Source of the DNA: an uncultured bacterium | Lineage (GTDB): Bacteria > Babelota > Babeliae > Babelales > Babelaceae | Direction of reading: 5' to 3' | Length of the DNA: 64,000 nt | NCBI GenBank assembly: GCA_963819815.1 | Contig: CAWFXL010000001.1 | Coordinates: 448,001 to 512,000 of the forward strand | Shown here: in pieces, positions 8,462 to 17,544 of the stretch | How the letters are laid out: the number at the start of each line of letters is the position of its first letter | Numbering within the stretch: position 1 is the first letter of the stretch | Made by a program: the position numbers and the translations under genes | Notes under the pieces: generated by a model | Databases searched by the model: none | The model's input: only the letters and a program-made list of their open reading frames with translations | Told to the model about the DNA's origin: nothing

Positions 8462-11086
8462 TTATGCGTCTTTCATTCTTTTATGACCTTGAGGAGAAGA
8501 TACCTGAGTATGCTCTTTAAGAGTCTTGTAACGCTCCAAGCAACGATTGAAAGCCTCATCTATCCCTTGTGTGACAAGAGCCTTAATTTTGTTTTTCCAT
8601 TCAGCAGAAGCTATATAGAGGCCCAAATCCTCATCTTCTATCTGTGGTCTCCATAAAGACGATATCGATCTGAGTAAATCAGGAAGAAGCGCATCACCTA
8701 TCGTTGTGCAGAGAAATTCAATAGCATGAGGCTTTATTGAAGTGAGCAGAAGTGTAATTTCATAAGGGAGTAAGTCGGCTTTATTCCGCACGTAGATAAG
8801 AGAAAATAACGCATCGAGATGCTCTGTATTCAATATGCTCAAAAACAGATGTATCAAATGATCTCTTAGATGGGGTGTATGACTAAAAATCTCATCAATA
8901 CAGAGCACGGGTATCTCTATTGATCTGAAAAGTTTTGTGATATACATGACATGCTTGTAAGCTGCTCTTTGCTGTATGCAACTTTGCTTGCAAAATCGGT
9001 AAGAACGAAACGCGATATATTCGAGATTTTCCGGGATATCATATATTTCTTCTCTTTCAATCGCTCCTTCAAGAGTTACGATAATCATGTTTCTAAGTCC
9101 TCTTGCTCCTGCAAAAGAGGGTTCTGCTCCTGCTTCTAAAAGGCAACCAATGCTCTCAGTTCTGCCTACGTTAGCCGCTTCTTCGAGTTCCGTCCCCATC
9201 TTGATGGTTCGGGATGAATTACCTCTACTCCCGCCGGTCCATAAAGTTCTTAATATTCTACTGGGCCTTACCCCGTGCTTAAGAAGCTGGGCTATACAAT
9301 GGTCACACCATACTGCAGTTCCTAACAAGCTGCGGTCGTCCTCATCCGAGAAAACAGAAGCTCCCGCCTTAAGTAACCGATCTACAAGGTCGCATAATCC
9401 TCCATCTAGTGCTCTAGAAAGGGGTGAACGAACCAAAGGCGAGAATCGCTCGACATAGGCTCCATGCTCAACAAGGAGATTCGCAAGCTCCACATGATTG
9501 GAATTGGGGTCATATAATAGCCCACTTAATATTGAGTCCTGGACCCCCTCGAATACCAATACGGCGCTTGGATTTGCTCCCGCAAGAATAAGCTTTTTAG
9601 CTGCATCGATGGGGGCACCTCTCTCTTTAAAAGCTCTTAAAACCGCATCAAGCAAGGCCTCTTCATCCGGATATGCTCCTGAATTGAGAAGCAGATCGAA
9701 GCATTCTTCATGTCTATTTGCTAAGGCAGCTGCAAGAGGAGTATATGACGGCGGACTTTGATCGCTTGGAATTGAGGCTCGGGGAAGATATTCGTTCGGA
9801 TTCGCTCCAACTTCTAATAATCGTTTTACTATTCCCACATGACCCGCTTTGCTTGCTTCATAAAGTGCTCTTGTAAGAAAGAAATCTTGGGGTCTTCTCA
9901 CCAGAGACAAAAATATTTCTAACCATTCGCCATCACCATTTTTTACCATGCCTTCCCATAATTCTGGTACGATACAGCGAATACCTAAGGCAAGAAGTCG
10001 TCGAAATAGTACTTTATCATTAGTTTGTATTACGAAGTGTAACCATCTTTGAAGGTCTGGAGTATTGTGGGATATGAGTCCCTGAGCCGCCAGTAACTCA
10101 ACTAACTCAATATTATGGTCGGCAATCGCATAATCCCAGGTCCTAACACCCCGGACTATCGCGCAACATTCAAGCCATAGGAGTGCGCGTTCATTATCAC
10201 CTTGTTGTTGATAATATTCCATGTAAGTATGCATACGTTTAAGGAGCGTGGGATCTCTATCTACATGGCGCGACAAGAGATATTTCGCACAGTGAGGCTT
10301 TTCCAAATAAATAGCGAGATTCACGGGCTTATTTCCCAAATACACGTCAGACGGAGCATCCAAAAATACTTCCGGAACGATTTCTCCGAGCATAGAGTCG
10401 TCGTCGTTTTGAAGGGCATCGAGAACTTTGAGTTCCATAGGTGCGGCCTGATAACAACGGACCCAACTAAACGCTTCTTGATAGTCTTCTTTTTGCCAAG
10501 ATTCTTGTGCATATATCTTAATTTTTGCCTCGAAGGAAGGCATTCTTTTCGCTCCATGAGATAAGAGCGTCTTGACACAGCGAACGCTCTTGAACAAAAG
10601 CGCAAGCTCCAGGGGTGTTTGCCCAAGATACGTTTCAAGTCGAGTATCAAGTTGCTCCTTGGGGATAGTATTTTCAAGCTCTGCATGAGCGTCATTTTCA
10701 AGCGCATTAAGGATCTTAAGTTCTCTTTCAGTCGCGGAACGACAAAGAGCCCACAAGATAGCCTGGTCTGGTTGTCGTTCCGCCAAGCAATGCTGCATAT
10801 GAGCTAGTATTTCTTGATCGGTAGAGGGATTTTTTAATGCACCACGCTTTATGAGCGATCTTACACAGTGCGGACTGCGTAAAAAAAGAGAAAACTCCAG
10901 AGGTGTTTTTCCCATGAGTAGCTCGAATCGAGTATTTACATAATAATCAGGAACAAGTCGGCTCAGTTCACTGGGGTTATCATTTTCGATAGCTCGCATA
11001 ACGCTCGCGGAAACTACAGCCATATGCAAAGGATAGATCCAGAAGGAAGACAAAGTAAATATCGCTATAAGGAAGATTTTTTTCAT
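8462..11086 (-). CDS. Secreted ankyrin repeat protein with shared family C-terminal domain
   Basis: Start moved to MKKIFLI at 11086 (GGAG upstream, signal peptide); ankyrin motifs; C-terminus aligns by eye with 12786, 25528, 27773 and 38356. Confidence 0.9.
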   Translation of the reverse strand: MKKIFLIAIFTLSSFWIYPLHMAVVSASVMRAIENDNPSELSRLVPDYYVNTRFELLMGKTPLEFSLFLRSPHCVRSLIKRGALKNPSTDQEILAHMQHCLAERQPDQAILWALCRSATERELKILNALENDAHAELENTIPKEQLDTRLETYLGQTPLELALLFKSVRCVKTLLSHGAKRMPSFEAKIKIYAQESWQKEDYQEAFSWVRCYQAAPMELKVLDALQNDDDSMLGEIVPEVFLDAPSDVYLGNKPVNLAIYLEKPHCAKYLLSRHVDRDPTLLKRMHTYMEYYQQQGDNERALLWLECCAIVRGVRTWDYAIADHNIELVELLAAQGLISHNTPDLQRWLHFVIQTNDKVLFRRLLALGIRCIVPELWEGMVKNGDGEWLEIFLSLVRRPQDFFLTRALYEASKAGHVGIVKRLLEVGANPNEYLPRASIPSDQSPPSYTPLAAALANRHEECFDLLLNSGAYPDEEALLDAVLRAFKERGAPIDAAKKLILAGANPSAVLVFEGVQDSILSGLLYDPNSNHVELANLLVEHGAYVERFSPLVRSPLSRALDGGLCDLVDRLLKAGASVFSDEDDRSLLGTAVWCDHCIAQLLKHGVRPSRILRTLWTGGSRGNSSRTIKMGTELEEAANVGRTESIGCLLEAGAEPSFAGARGLRNMIIVTLEGAIEREEIYDIPENLEYIAFRSYRFCKQSCIQQRAAYKHVMYITKLFRSIEIPVLCIDEIFSHTPHLRDHLIHLFLSILNTEHLDALFSLIYVRNKADLLPYEITLLLTSIKPHAIEFLCTTIGDALLPDLLRSISSLWRPQIEDEDLGLYIASAEWKNKIKALVTQGIDEAFNRCLERYKTLKEHTQVSSPQGHKRMKDA

Positions 11087-11469
11087 ATCAGATCTCCGTC
11101 TTACCATGATTACTTTTTGCTTGGATAAGTTCTTTCCAAGTATAGGCAAGTTCCGCTATAGAGCAAACATTGTAAGTATAGGAGCAAAAAAATTATTTCC
11201 GGTAGTTGGCAAAACAAAAGCTTCCGGGTTTAGGCATAATTGAATTGTCAAAGATTCTCACACCGGAAAAAAGAGGGACTGGCGTAGCCTGGGACGCTGA
11301 CAAACAACATTGTCAAGCAGAGCAACTATCAGTCCCTTGTGTTTTTAGAAAATGATTGTCCAACTCTGTAAATTGCCTTCGTGTCTTATATATATTCTTA
11401 TTTTTTTCTATTTTTGGAATTCATGTAACACATTCTCAAGCAACTTTTTCTTCGTTTTCTTCGTTATGG

Positions 11470-12381
11470 TCAAATTAAACACTCGTCAGAATCTGATTCG
11501 TCCTCATAATTTTTTAAGGGAAATCCTTCCTCAATCATAATCCTGAGAGTCCCAGGTATAAATGGTTTAAAGTATTGTACTAATCTCGCTACCAAATCCT
11601 TATATTCTTGAGGAGCAAGTAATGCTTTTATAATCTCAACTCGATTCTCATCTTCAGGCGTCAGGAGAATAGTATAGACCACCACATCCCTCCTTGGAGC
11701 GAGAGATGGAACTCTATCTAAGACACCTCTAGCTGATATCCCCATCTTAATGGGCAGTGTTACACTACTCTTAATAAGACATTCTATTAAATTAAGTAGT
11801 ATTTGATGTTCCATGCGAGGAAGTTTACTGAATGCTGTCAGGATATCTGTGGTCCAAGAATGCTTCGAGGCAATACTCTTAAAACACTCGTCTCCTATTA
11901 TTACAGATTGTAGATCTGGCAGTGTAAAGTTTTTTGCAATTTCTTCCCTGATAGACTTCTCAAGAAGAGGGTTTCCTAAAGTATTTTGTAAGTCATTAAG
12001 GTTCCAGGGTATCTTCTTCCCAAGTAACCGTAAAGAAGGCGTACGAAGTGAGTTAAGGTCTAAATAATCACTTGCTCGCAGCAACTGAAGAGCTTCCTCA
12101 TGTGTAATAGTGGTATCGAGGGTACCCGTCTTAAGGAACTCGATAACTCTTGCAAGAGTCTGCGAATTAATCTCAGGAAGATCAACGGGAGCCTCTTGCG
12201 GGGTGTATGTCAGTACATTCTTAATAGTACCTGCATCCTTAAAAAGGTCTTTAGGAGCCTCGATCGTTACGTTATCGCTGGTAACAAATTTGATTATTTT
12301 GTCCGATTGCTGAATGACTGCTTGGCTTGCGCAAAGACCGGTCATGAAACTGGTGGTAATAACAATGAAAAATTTCGTCAT
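11470..12381 (-). CDS. Secreted Skp1/BTB-POZ-like domain protein
   Basis: Signal peptide, then IKFVTSDNVTIE..AGTIKNVL..VDLPEINSQTLARVIEFL..LLRASDYLDLNSL, closely following the Skp1 consensus. Confidence 0.85.
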   Translation of the reverse strand: MTKFFIVITTSFMTGLCASQAVIQQSDKIIKFVTSDNVTIEAPKDLFKDAGTIKNVLTYTPQEAPVDLPEINSQTLARVIEFLKTGTLDTTITHEEALQLLRASDYLDLNSLRTPSLRLLGKKIPWNLNDLQNTLGNPLLEKSIREEIAKNFTLPDLQSVIIGDECFKSIASKHSWTTDILTAFSKLPRMEHQILLNLIECLIKSSVTLPIKMGISARGVLDRVPSLAPRRDVVVYTILLTPEDENRVEIIKALLAPQEYKDLVARLVQYFKPFIPGTLRIMIEEGFPLKNYEDESDSDECLI

Positions 12382-12676
12382 AGTCTGATCCTTAAGGTAT
12401 TAAAATCTCTATTGAGCACTTAGTTGTTTCTTCTTGCAAAGCCGTTAATTTGGCTACTCCTAAAGTGACCTTCAATCTCAAAAGGTGCGCCGGAACATGC
12501 TCTTTACACATTCATTGACGCCCTCAAGCTTTGCAGTAAGGGTTATTCGGATTTCACCATCTTCAATACGCCCATCAGAACAACTTTTTATCAAAAATTT
12601 TAATATCCATTTGTGATATTTATTGATGTAATGTAGTGATTACAGCTACTTTGAAGAAAGTGGTGACTCCTGTACT

Positions 12677-12705
12677 AAGATAACAAAACATATTCACATT
12701 GTCAA
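12677..12705 (-). promoter_or_regulatory. Putative sigma70-type promoter upstream of the Skp1-like gene
   Basis: Minus strand TTGACA-17 nt-TATCTT, about 300 bp upstream of 12381. Confidence 0.4.
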
Positions 12706-12785
12706 GAATCGCAGACAAATTAATTGCCCTTTTTCACCCTAATGGAAAACTTGCCTAGAGAATTAGCATCTTCTAATTTTTCAAC

Positions 12786-13379
12786 TTGCAATGCAAATCC
12801 CAATGTGAGATTTCTGTATCATGTGAGAGTCGGACGGCACATGGGCAAGTTATACGGACGACTGCACTTTTGCGAACAAAGCAAATTCCGCTCCTCCAAG
12901 TTCAGGAAATCTTTATGAGAACGCAGCATCTTAAGAATCACCTGATCACTATGTTTTTATGCAATTTAAGCGAACTTCAGCTCACACAATTTTTTGCATA
13001 TATCTATCGAAACAATAGAGAAAGCAGACTTCTTTACGAAATTGAAGCACTACTGTCATCTATAAAAGAGGACGCAATTGAATATCTTTATAACATGGTC
13101 ATGAGAGCCTGGGAACAAAATCTTTTGCCTAACCGTGTGGAATCAATAACCGACCTCTTTACTTCTGATCAGGGGAAAGTATTAATACGAAGCCTTATTA
13201 AAGAAGGAGTTGAAGAAGGTTTTGCTCATTGGTTGCAACAACATAGAGCAATTAAGGAAACTGTTCTACGAGAGGTGCAATTAAATAACCAAGAAAATGA
13301 TGAAGATAACGGAATCCCACTGGATAAAAGAAGAAAGTTCAATGATGACACTGATGCAGTTGTTTTAGAACAATTATAG
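12786..13379 (+). CDS. Stand-alone or 5'-truncated copy of the ankyrin-family C-terminal domain (possibly a pseudogene)
   Basis: LLRTKQIPLLQVQEIF...LFTSDQGKVLIRSLIKEGVEEGF...KRRK aligns with the C-termini of four ankyrin proteins; no signal peptide or ankyrins; TTG start uncertain. Confidence 0.7.
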   Translation: MQCKSQCEISVSCESRTAHGQVIRTTALLRTKQIPLLQVQEIFMRTQHLKNHLITMFLCNLSELQLTQFFAYIYRNNRESRLLYEIEALLSSIKEDAIEYLYNMVMRAWEQNLLPNRVESITDLFTSDQGKVLIRSLIKEGVEEGFAHWLQQHRAIKETVLREVQLNNQENDEDNGIPLDKRRKFNDDTDAVVLEQL

Positions 13380-13648
13380 TTTATCTACGATTATTCCTGA
13401 ATAGGAAAAAAGCCTTGTATCGCAAAGAATACCAAGGCCAAAGAATACAGCTTTGTCATCAGCAAAGACGACAACATAACTCTCCATTAAGATACGCAAT
13501 CTTTTCTTAATCTTTCTGCTTTTTCAGATAGAGGTAGAGTTACCCTTATGTTTTTTGCTGCATAGCCATCTTATAGTTTCAACAAGAGATTACTTTCTGG
13601 TCTTATCCTTTGCGACATCATAAGGTTCTATTGAGTTTTTAAAGCCAT

Positions 13649-13737
13649 CTTACGATATAAACAAATTGACCATTTATCAATCGCTCCGAACAAGGGACCA
13701 TTAACGTGCATTATTCAGGAATAAAATCACAGGTCAT
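13649..13737. repeat. About 90 bp direct repeat, copy 1 of 3, flanking the WD40 genes
   Basis: GATATAAACAAATTGACCATTTATCAATCGCTCCGAACAAGGGACCATTAACGTGCATTATTCAGGAATAAAATC; also at 15190 and 16861. Confidence 0.9.
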
Positions 13738-15149
13738 GATGCCTCTGCAGCATTCTTACATATATAGGAGTCCAATATCTCCCCAACAACTTCTCCTAGA
13801 CCATCTGGCAGATCCTCTAAGAAATTTTTATAGTCATTCCACAAATGAGGATACCTAGTAAAGTCTAAACGTAAGCTATCTCGTGAATCACTTGAATCTT
13901 GTATATAGGCTGATCGACCCTGACGAGCCCTGAGCTTCACCAGCCTTCTTGCTATCTCTATTTCATAGATCATATGTAAGATAGTCGCCTGCTTATGATT
14001 AATGGTATCTTCTCGAGTAAGATGCCTATAGAGCTTCATATGCGGGCCTATATCCCAGATCCTCGCAGTTTCATCCTCTGAAGCAGTCAAAACCTGATCT
14101 CCTGCTCTATTAAAAACTGCTGACATAACCCAATTAGTATGCCCTTCAAGAATATGCAGACATCTACCTATTGATGCATCCCAGATCCTCGCTGTTCCAT
14201 CATGAGAACCAGTCACCACCCTATCTCCTGTACCATTAAATATTGCTGAGGTAACCCAATTAGTATGCCCTTCAAGAATATGCAGACATCTCCCTGTTGC
14301 TACATCAAAGATCTTTGCAGTTCTATCATTTGAACCAGTCAAAACCTGATCTCCTGTATTATTAAATACTGCTGAACCGACCGCCCTAGTATGCCCTTTA
14401 AGAATACATAGACATCTACCTGTTGCCACATTCCAGATCCTTGCAGTTCCATCATGAGAACCAGTCACCACCTGATCTCCTGCACTATTAAAAACTGCTG
14501 ACACAACCCAATTAGCATGCCCTTCAAGAATACGAAGACATCTCCCTGTTGCCACATCCCAGATCCTCGCTGTTCCATCATGAGAACCAGTCACCACCTG
14601 ATTTCCTGCACTATTAAAAACGGCTGACACAACCCAATTAGTATGCCCTTCAAGAATACGAAGACATCTCCCTGTTGCCACATCCCAGATCCTCGCTGTT
14701 CCATCACGAGAACCAGTCACCACCTGATTTCCTGCACCATTAAATACTGCTGAACCAACCGACTCAGTATGACCTTCAAGAATATCCAGACATTCACCTG
14801 TTGTCGCATCCCAGATCCTCGCTGTTCCGTCATGAGAACCAGTCACCACCCTATCTCCTGTACCATTAAATATTGCTGAGGTAACCGAGTCAGTATGCCC
14901 TGCCAACTCTTGAAAGCTTAAGGGAAGCTTTTTGAGCAGATACATCACGAGTGGATGATTGTGAAGAAGGTAATTGCCTATCTTTTGGCTTGATAAAAGT
15001 GCTAAATTAGCAGCTAATTCATCACCTCGCACTATGTTTGCCAAGATACTTGTGTCTATCTTCTGAGTACTACTCGTACTCGATGCTTGCATACTTGCAT
15101 GCAATCCTCCATAGATACTGCAAATAATTATCAATGCTCTATAGTTCAT
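13734..15149 (-). CDS. Secreted WD40 repeat protein (7 highly similar 42-aa repeats)
   Basis: GH...SAVFN..GD.VVT.S.D.TARIWD x7; signal peptide ending LHA-S. Confidence 0.95.
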   Translation of the reverse strand: MNYRALIIICSIYGGLHASMQASSTSSTQKIDTSILANIVRGDELAANLALLSSQKIGNYLLHNHPLVMYLLKKLPLSFQELAGHTDSVTSAIFNGTGDRVVTGSHDGTARIWDATTGECLDILEGHTESVGSAVFNGAGNQVVTGSRDGTARIWDVATGRCLRILEGHTNWVVSAVFNSAGNQVVTGSHDGTARIWDVATGRCLRILEGHANWVVSAVFNSAGDQVVTGSHDGTARIWNVATGRCLCILKGHTRAVGSAVFNNTGDQVLTGSNDRTAKIFDVATGRCLHILEGHTNWVTSAIFNGTGDRVVTGSHDGTARIWDASIGRCLHILEGHTNWVMSAVFNRAGDQVLTASEDETARIWDIGPHMKLYRHLTREDTINHKQATILHMIYEIEIARRLVKLRARQGRSAYIQDSSDSRDSLRLDFTRYPHLWNDYKNFLEDLPDGLGEVVGEILDSYICKNAAEAS

Positions 15150-15189
15150 ATCATTCCTTTATCATAATTCTACATTCAATGAAGTCATT

Positions 15190-15277
15190 CTTACGATATA
15201 AACAAATTGACCATTTATCAATCGCTCCGAACAAGGGACCATTAACGTGCATTATTCAGGAATAAAATCCGTGTCAT
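15190..15277. repeat. About 90 bp direct repeat, copy 2 of 3
   Basis: Near-identical to 13649..13737. Confidence 0.9.
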
Positions 15278-16815
15278 GATGCCTCTGCAGCATTCTTACG
15301 TATATAGGAGTCCAGTATTTTCCCAACTGCTTCTCCTAGACCATCTGGCAGATCCCCTAAGAAATTTTTATAGTCATTCCACAAATGAGGATACCTAGTA
15401 AAGTCTAAACGTAAGCTATCTGGTGAATCACTTGAATCTTGTATATATGCTGATCGACCCTGACGAGCCCTGAGCTTCACCAGCCTTCTTGCTATCTCTA
15501 TTTCATAGATCATATGTAAGATAGTCGCCTGCTTATGATTAATGGTATCTTCTCGAGTAAGATGCCTATAGAGCTTCATATACAGGCCTATATCCCAGAT
15601 CCTCGCTGTTCTACCCTCTGCAGCAATCACCACCCGATCTCCTGTACTATTAAATACTGCTGAAACAACCGCATGAGTATGCCCTTCAAGAATACGCAGA
15701 CATTCACCTGTTGCCACATCCCAGATCCTCGCTGTTCTATCCTCTGAAGCAGTCACCACCCTATCTCCTGTACCATTAAATACTGCTGAAACAACCGCAT
15801 GAGTATGCCCTTTAAGAATACGCAGGCCGCTCCCTGTTGCCACATCCCAGATCTTAGCAATACTATCATGTGCAGTCACCACCCTATCTCCTGTACCATT
15901 GAAGACTGCTGAATTAACCGGCCCCATATGCCGCCCTTTAAGAATATGCAGACATCTCCCTGTTGCTACATCCCAGATCCTCGCAGTTCCATCATTTGAA
16001 GCAGTCACCACCTGATCTCCTGTGCTATTAAATACTGCTGAATTAACTATCCCAGTATGCCCTTCAAGAATACGCAGACATCGTCCTGTTGCCACATCCC
16101 AGATCCTTGCAGTTCCATCATGAGAACCAGTCACCACCTGATCTCCTGTACTATTAAATACTGCTGAAGTAACAACCCTAGTATGCCCTTCAAGAATACG
16201 CAGACATCGCCCTGTTGCTGCATCCCAGATCCTCGATGTTTTATCTAATGAATTAGTCACCACCTGAGTTCCTGCACTATTAAATACTGCTACATAAACC
16301 CGGTTAGTATGCCCCTTAAGAATACATAGACATGCACCTGTTGCAGCATCCCAGATCCTCGCTGTTCTATCCCATGAAGCAGTCACCACCCTATCTCCAG
16401 TCCCATTAAATACTGCTGAATGAACATAACCAGTATGCCCTTCAAGAATCCATAGACATGCACCTGTTGCCACATCCCAGATCCTGGCTGTTCCATCATA
16501 TGAAGCAGTCACCACCCTATCTCCTATAGCATTAAATGCTGCTGATTTAACACTATAAGAATGCCCTGCCAACTCTTGAAAGCTTAAGGGAAGCTTTTTG
16601 AGCAGATACATCACGAGTGGATGATTGTGAAGAAGGTAATTGCCTATCTTTTGGCTTGATAGAAGTGCTAGATTAGCAGCTAATTCATCACCTCGCACTA
16701 TGTTTGCCAAGATACTTGTGTCTGTCTTCTGAGTACTACTCGTACTCGATGATTGCATACTTGCATGCAATCCTCCATAGATACTGCAAATAATTATCAA
16801 TGCTCTATAGTTCAT
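15274..16815 (-). CDS. Secreted WD40 repeat protein (8 repeats), tandem paralog of 13734..15149
   Basis: N- and C-terminal flanks almost identical to the neighbour; exactly 42 aa longer. Confidence 0.95.
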   Translation of the reverse strand: MNYRALIIICSIYGGLHASMQSSSTSSTQKTDTSILANIVRGDELAANLALLSSQKIGNYLLHNHPLVMYLLKKLPLSFQELAGHSYSVKSAAFNAIGDRVVTASYDGTARIWDVATGACLWILEGHTGYVHSAVFNGTGDRVVTASWDRTARIWDAATGACLCILKGHTNRVYVAVFNSAGTQVVTNSLDKTSRIWDAATGRCLRILEGHTRVVTSAVFNSTGDQVVTGSHDGTARIWDVATGRCLRILEGHTGIVNSAVFNSTGDQVVTASNDGTARIWDVATGRCLHILKGRHMGPVNSAVFNGTGDRVVTAHDSIAKIWDVATGSGLRILKGHTHAVVSAVFNGTGDRVVTASEDRTARIWDVATGECLRILEGHTHAVVSAVFNSTGDRVVIAAEGRTARIWDIGLYMKLYRHLTREDTINHKQATILHMIYEIEIARRLVKLRARQGRSAYIQDSSDSPDSLRLDFTRYPHLWNDYKNFLGDLPDGLGEAVGKILDSYIRKNAAEAS

Positions 16816-16858
16816 ATCATTCCTTTATCATAATTCTACATTCAATGAAGTCATTCTC

Positions 16859-16887
16859 ATGATATAAACAAATTGACTATTTGTCAA
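16859..16887 (-). promoter_or_regulatory. Sigma70-type promoter of the WD40 gene, inside direct repeat copy 3
   Basis: Minus strand TTGACA-17 nt-TATCAT, about 45 bp upstream of ATG 16815; copies 1 and 2 carry TTGATA-17-TATCGT. Confidence 0.7.
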
Positions 16888-16944
16888 CAACTGCGAACAC
16901 GGGGCCATTAATGTGCATTATTCAGGAATAAAATCACAGGTCAT
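16861..16944. repeat. About 85 bp direct repeat, copy 3 of 3 (more diverged)
   Basis: GATATAAACAAATTGACTATTTGTCAACAACTGCGAACACGGGGCCATTAATGTGCATTATTCAGGAATAAAATCACAGGTCAT. Confidence 0.85.
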
Positions 16945-17544
16945 ACATTTAAGGTTATACCTCTGCTGCCACATTCCCATTGCGGCGATGTTCATACGGT
17001 AACCGCGATACCACGCTCTAGGATACATAGTTAGCGTAAGATTTTGCTGTAAGGTGTTCTTGAAATAGATCATCAGACCAAATGTTTGCAATTCGATCAC
17101 TTCCAGAGCCAGAGATATTTTGAGAGCTATTCTCTTTGGATACAATCCCATCATGCTGAAGAGATCGACGCTTAGAATCTGAACCAAATGAAAGCTAAGG
17201 CAATCTCGCACGAAATTCTTTATGCACAGGTGGTCCAATCTTTTCATCATCAGGTTATGAAATCTGCTTTTCAGAGGCGCTTTTCAGAGGCATTGGGCGT
17301 AAGAAAACTTCTTTCAGCTACAAAAGACTTCCCTCGTTTTTTTTGCCATGCTCGAGCGAGGAGCTAGACCGTGAGAAAAAATCATAACAACACTACTTGT
17401 TAGGTGTACGTTCTCTAGATTCTTGCTGCTACTATGGCTGAATATATGAGAGAGAATGATGTAGGATTAAATGAACTGGTAAGTTTTGAACTCAAGTCCA
17501 GCTCACGCTATTATCTCGCTTTCATATTCATTCTAATACCATGT

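Noticed and set aside
11206..11215. 10-nt match (TTGGCAAAAC) to the copy-1 guide flank, upstream of gene 8462..11086
   Set aside because: A 10-mer match in 64 kb of AT-rich double-stranded DNA is plausible by chance and the TAM is unknown; revisit only if a TldR-like protein is found.
11470..11484. C-terminal ECLI (also HCTL at 40548 and AAKC at 22330) as prenylation motifs
   Set aside because: Cys is not at position -4, so these are not canonical CaaX boxes.
13734..16815. Diversity-generating retroelement explaining WD40 variation
   Set aside because: No reverse transcriptase or template repeat in the window, and I could not see that differences are confined to adenines.
13649..16944. CRISPR array or integron attC interpretation of the direct repeats
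   Set aside because: Repeats are about 90 bp, separated by whole genes, and lack attC-type inverted ends; no cas or integrase gene is present.
16918..17250. 110-aa ORF upstream of the WD40 pair
   Set aside because: No signal peptide or motif, and it runs into the repeat. Another frame ends NVAAEV*, faintly like the WD40 tail KNAAEAS*, but this is too weak to call.
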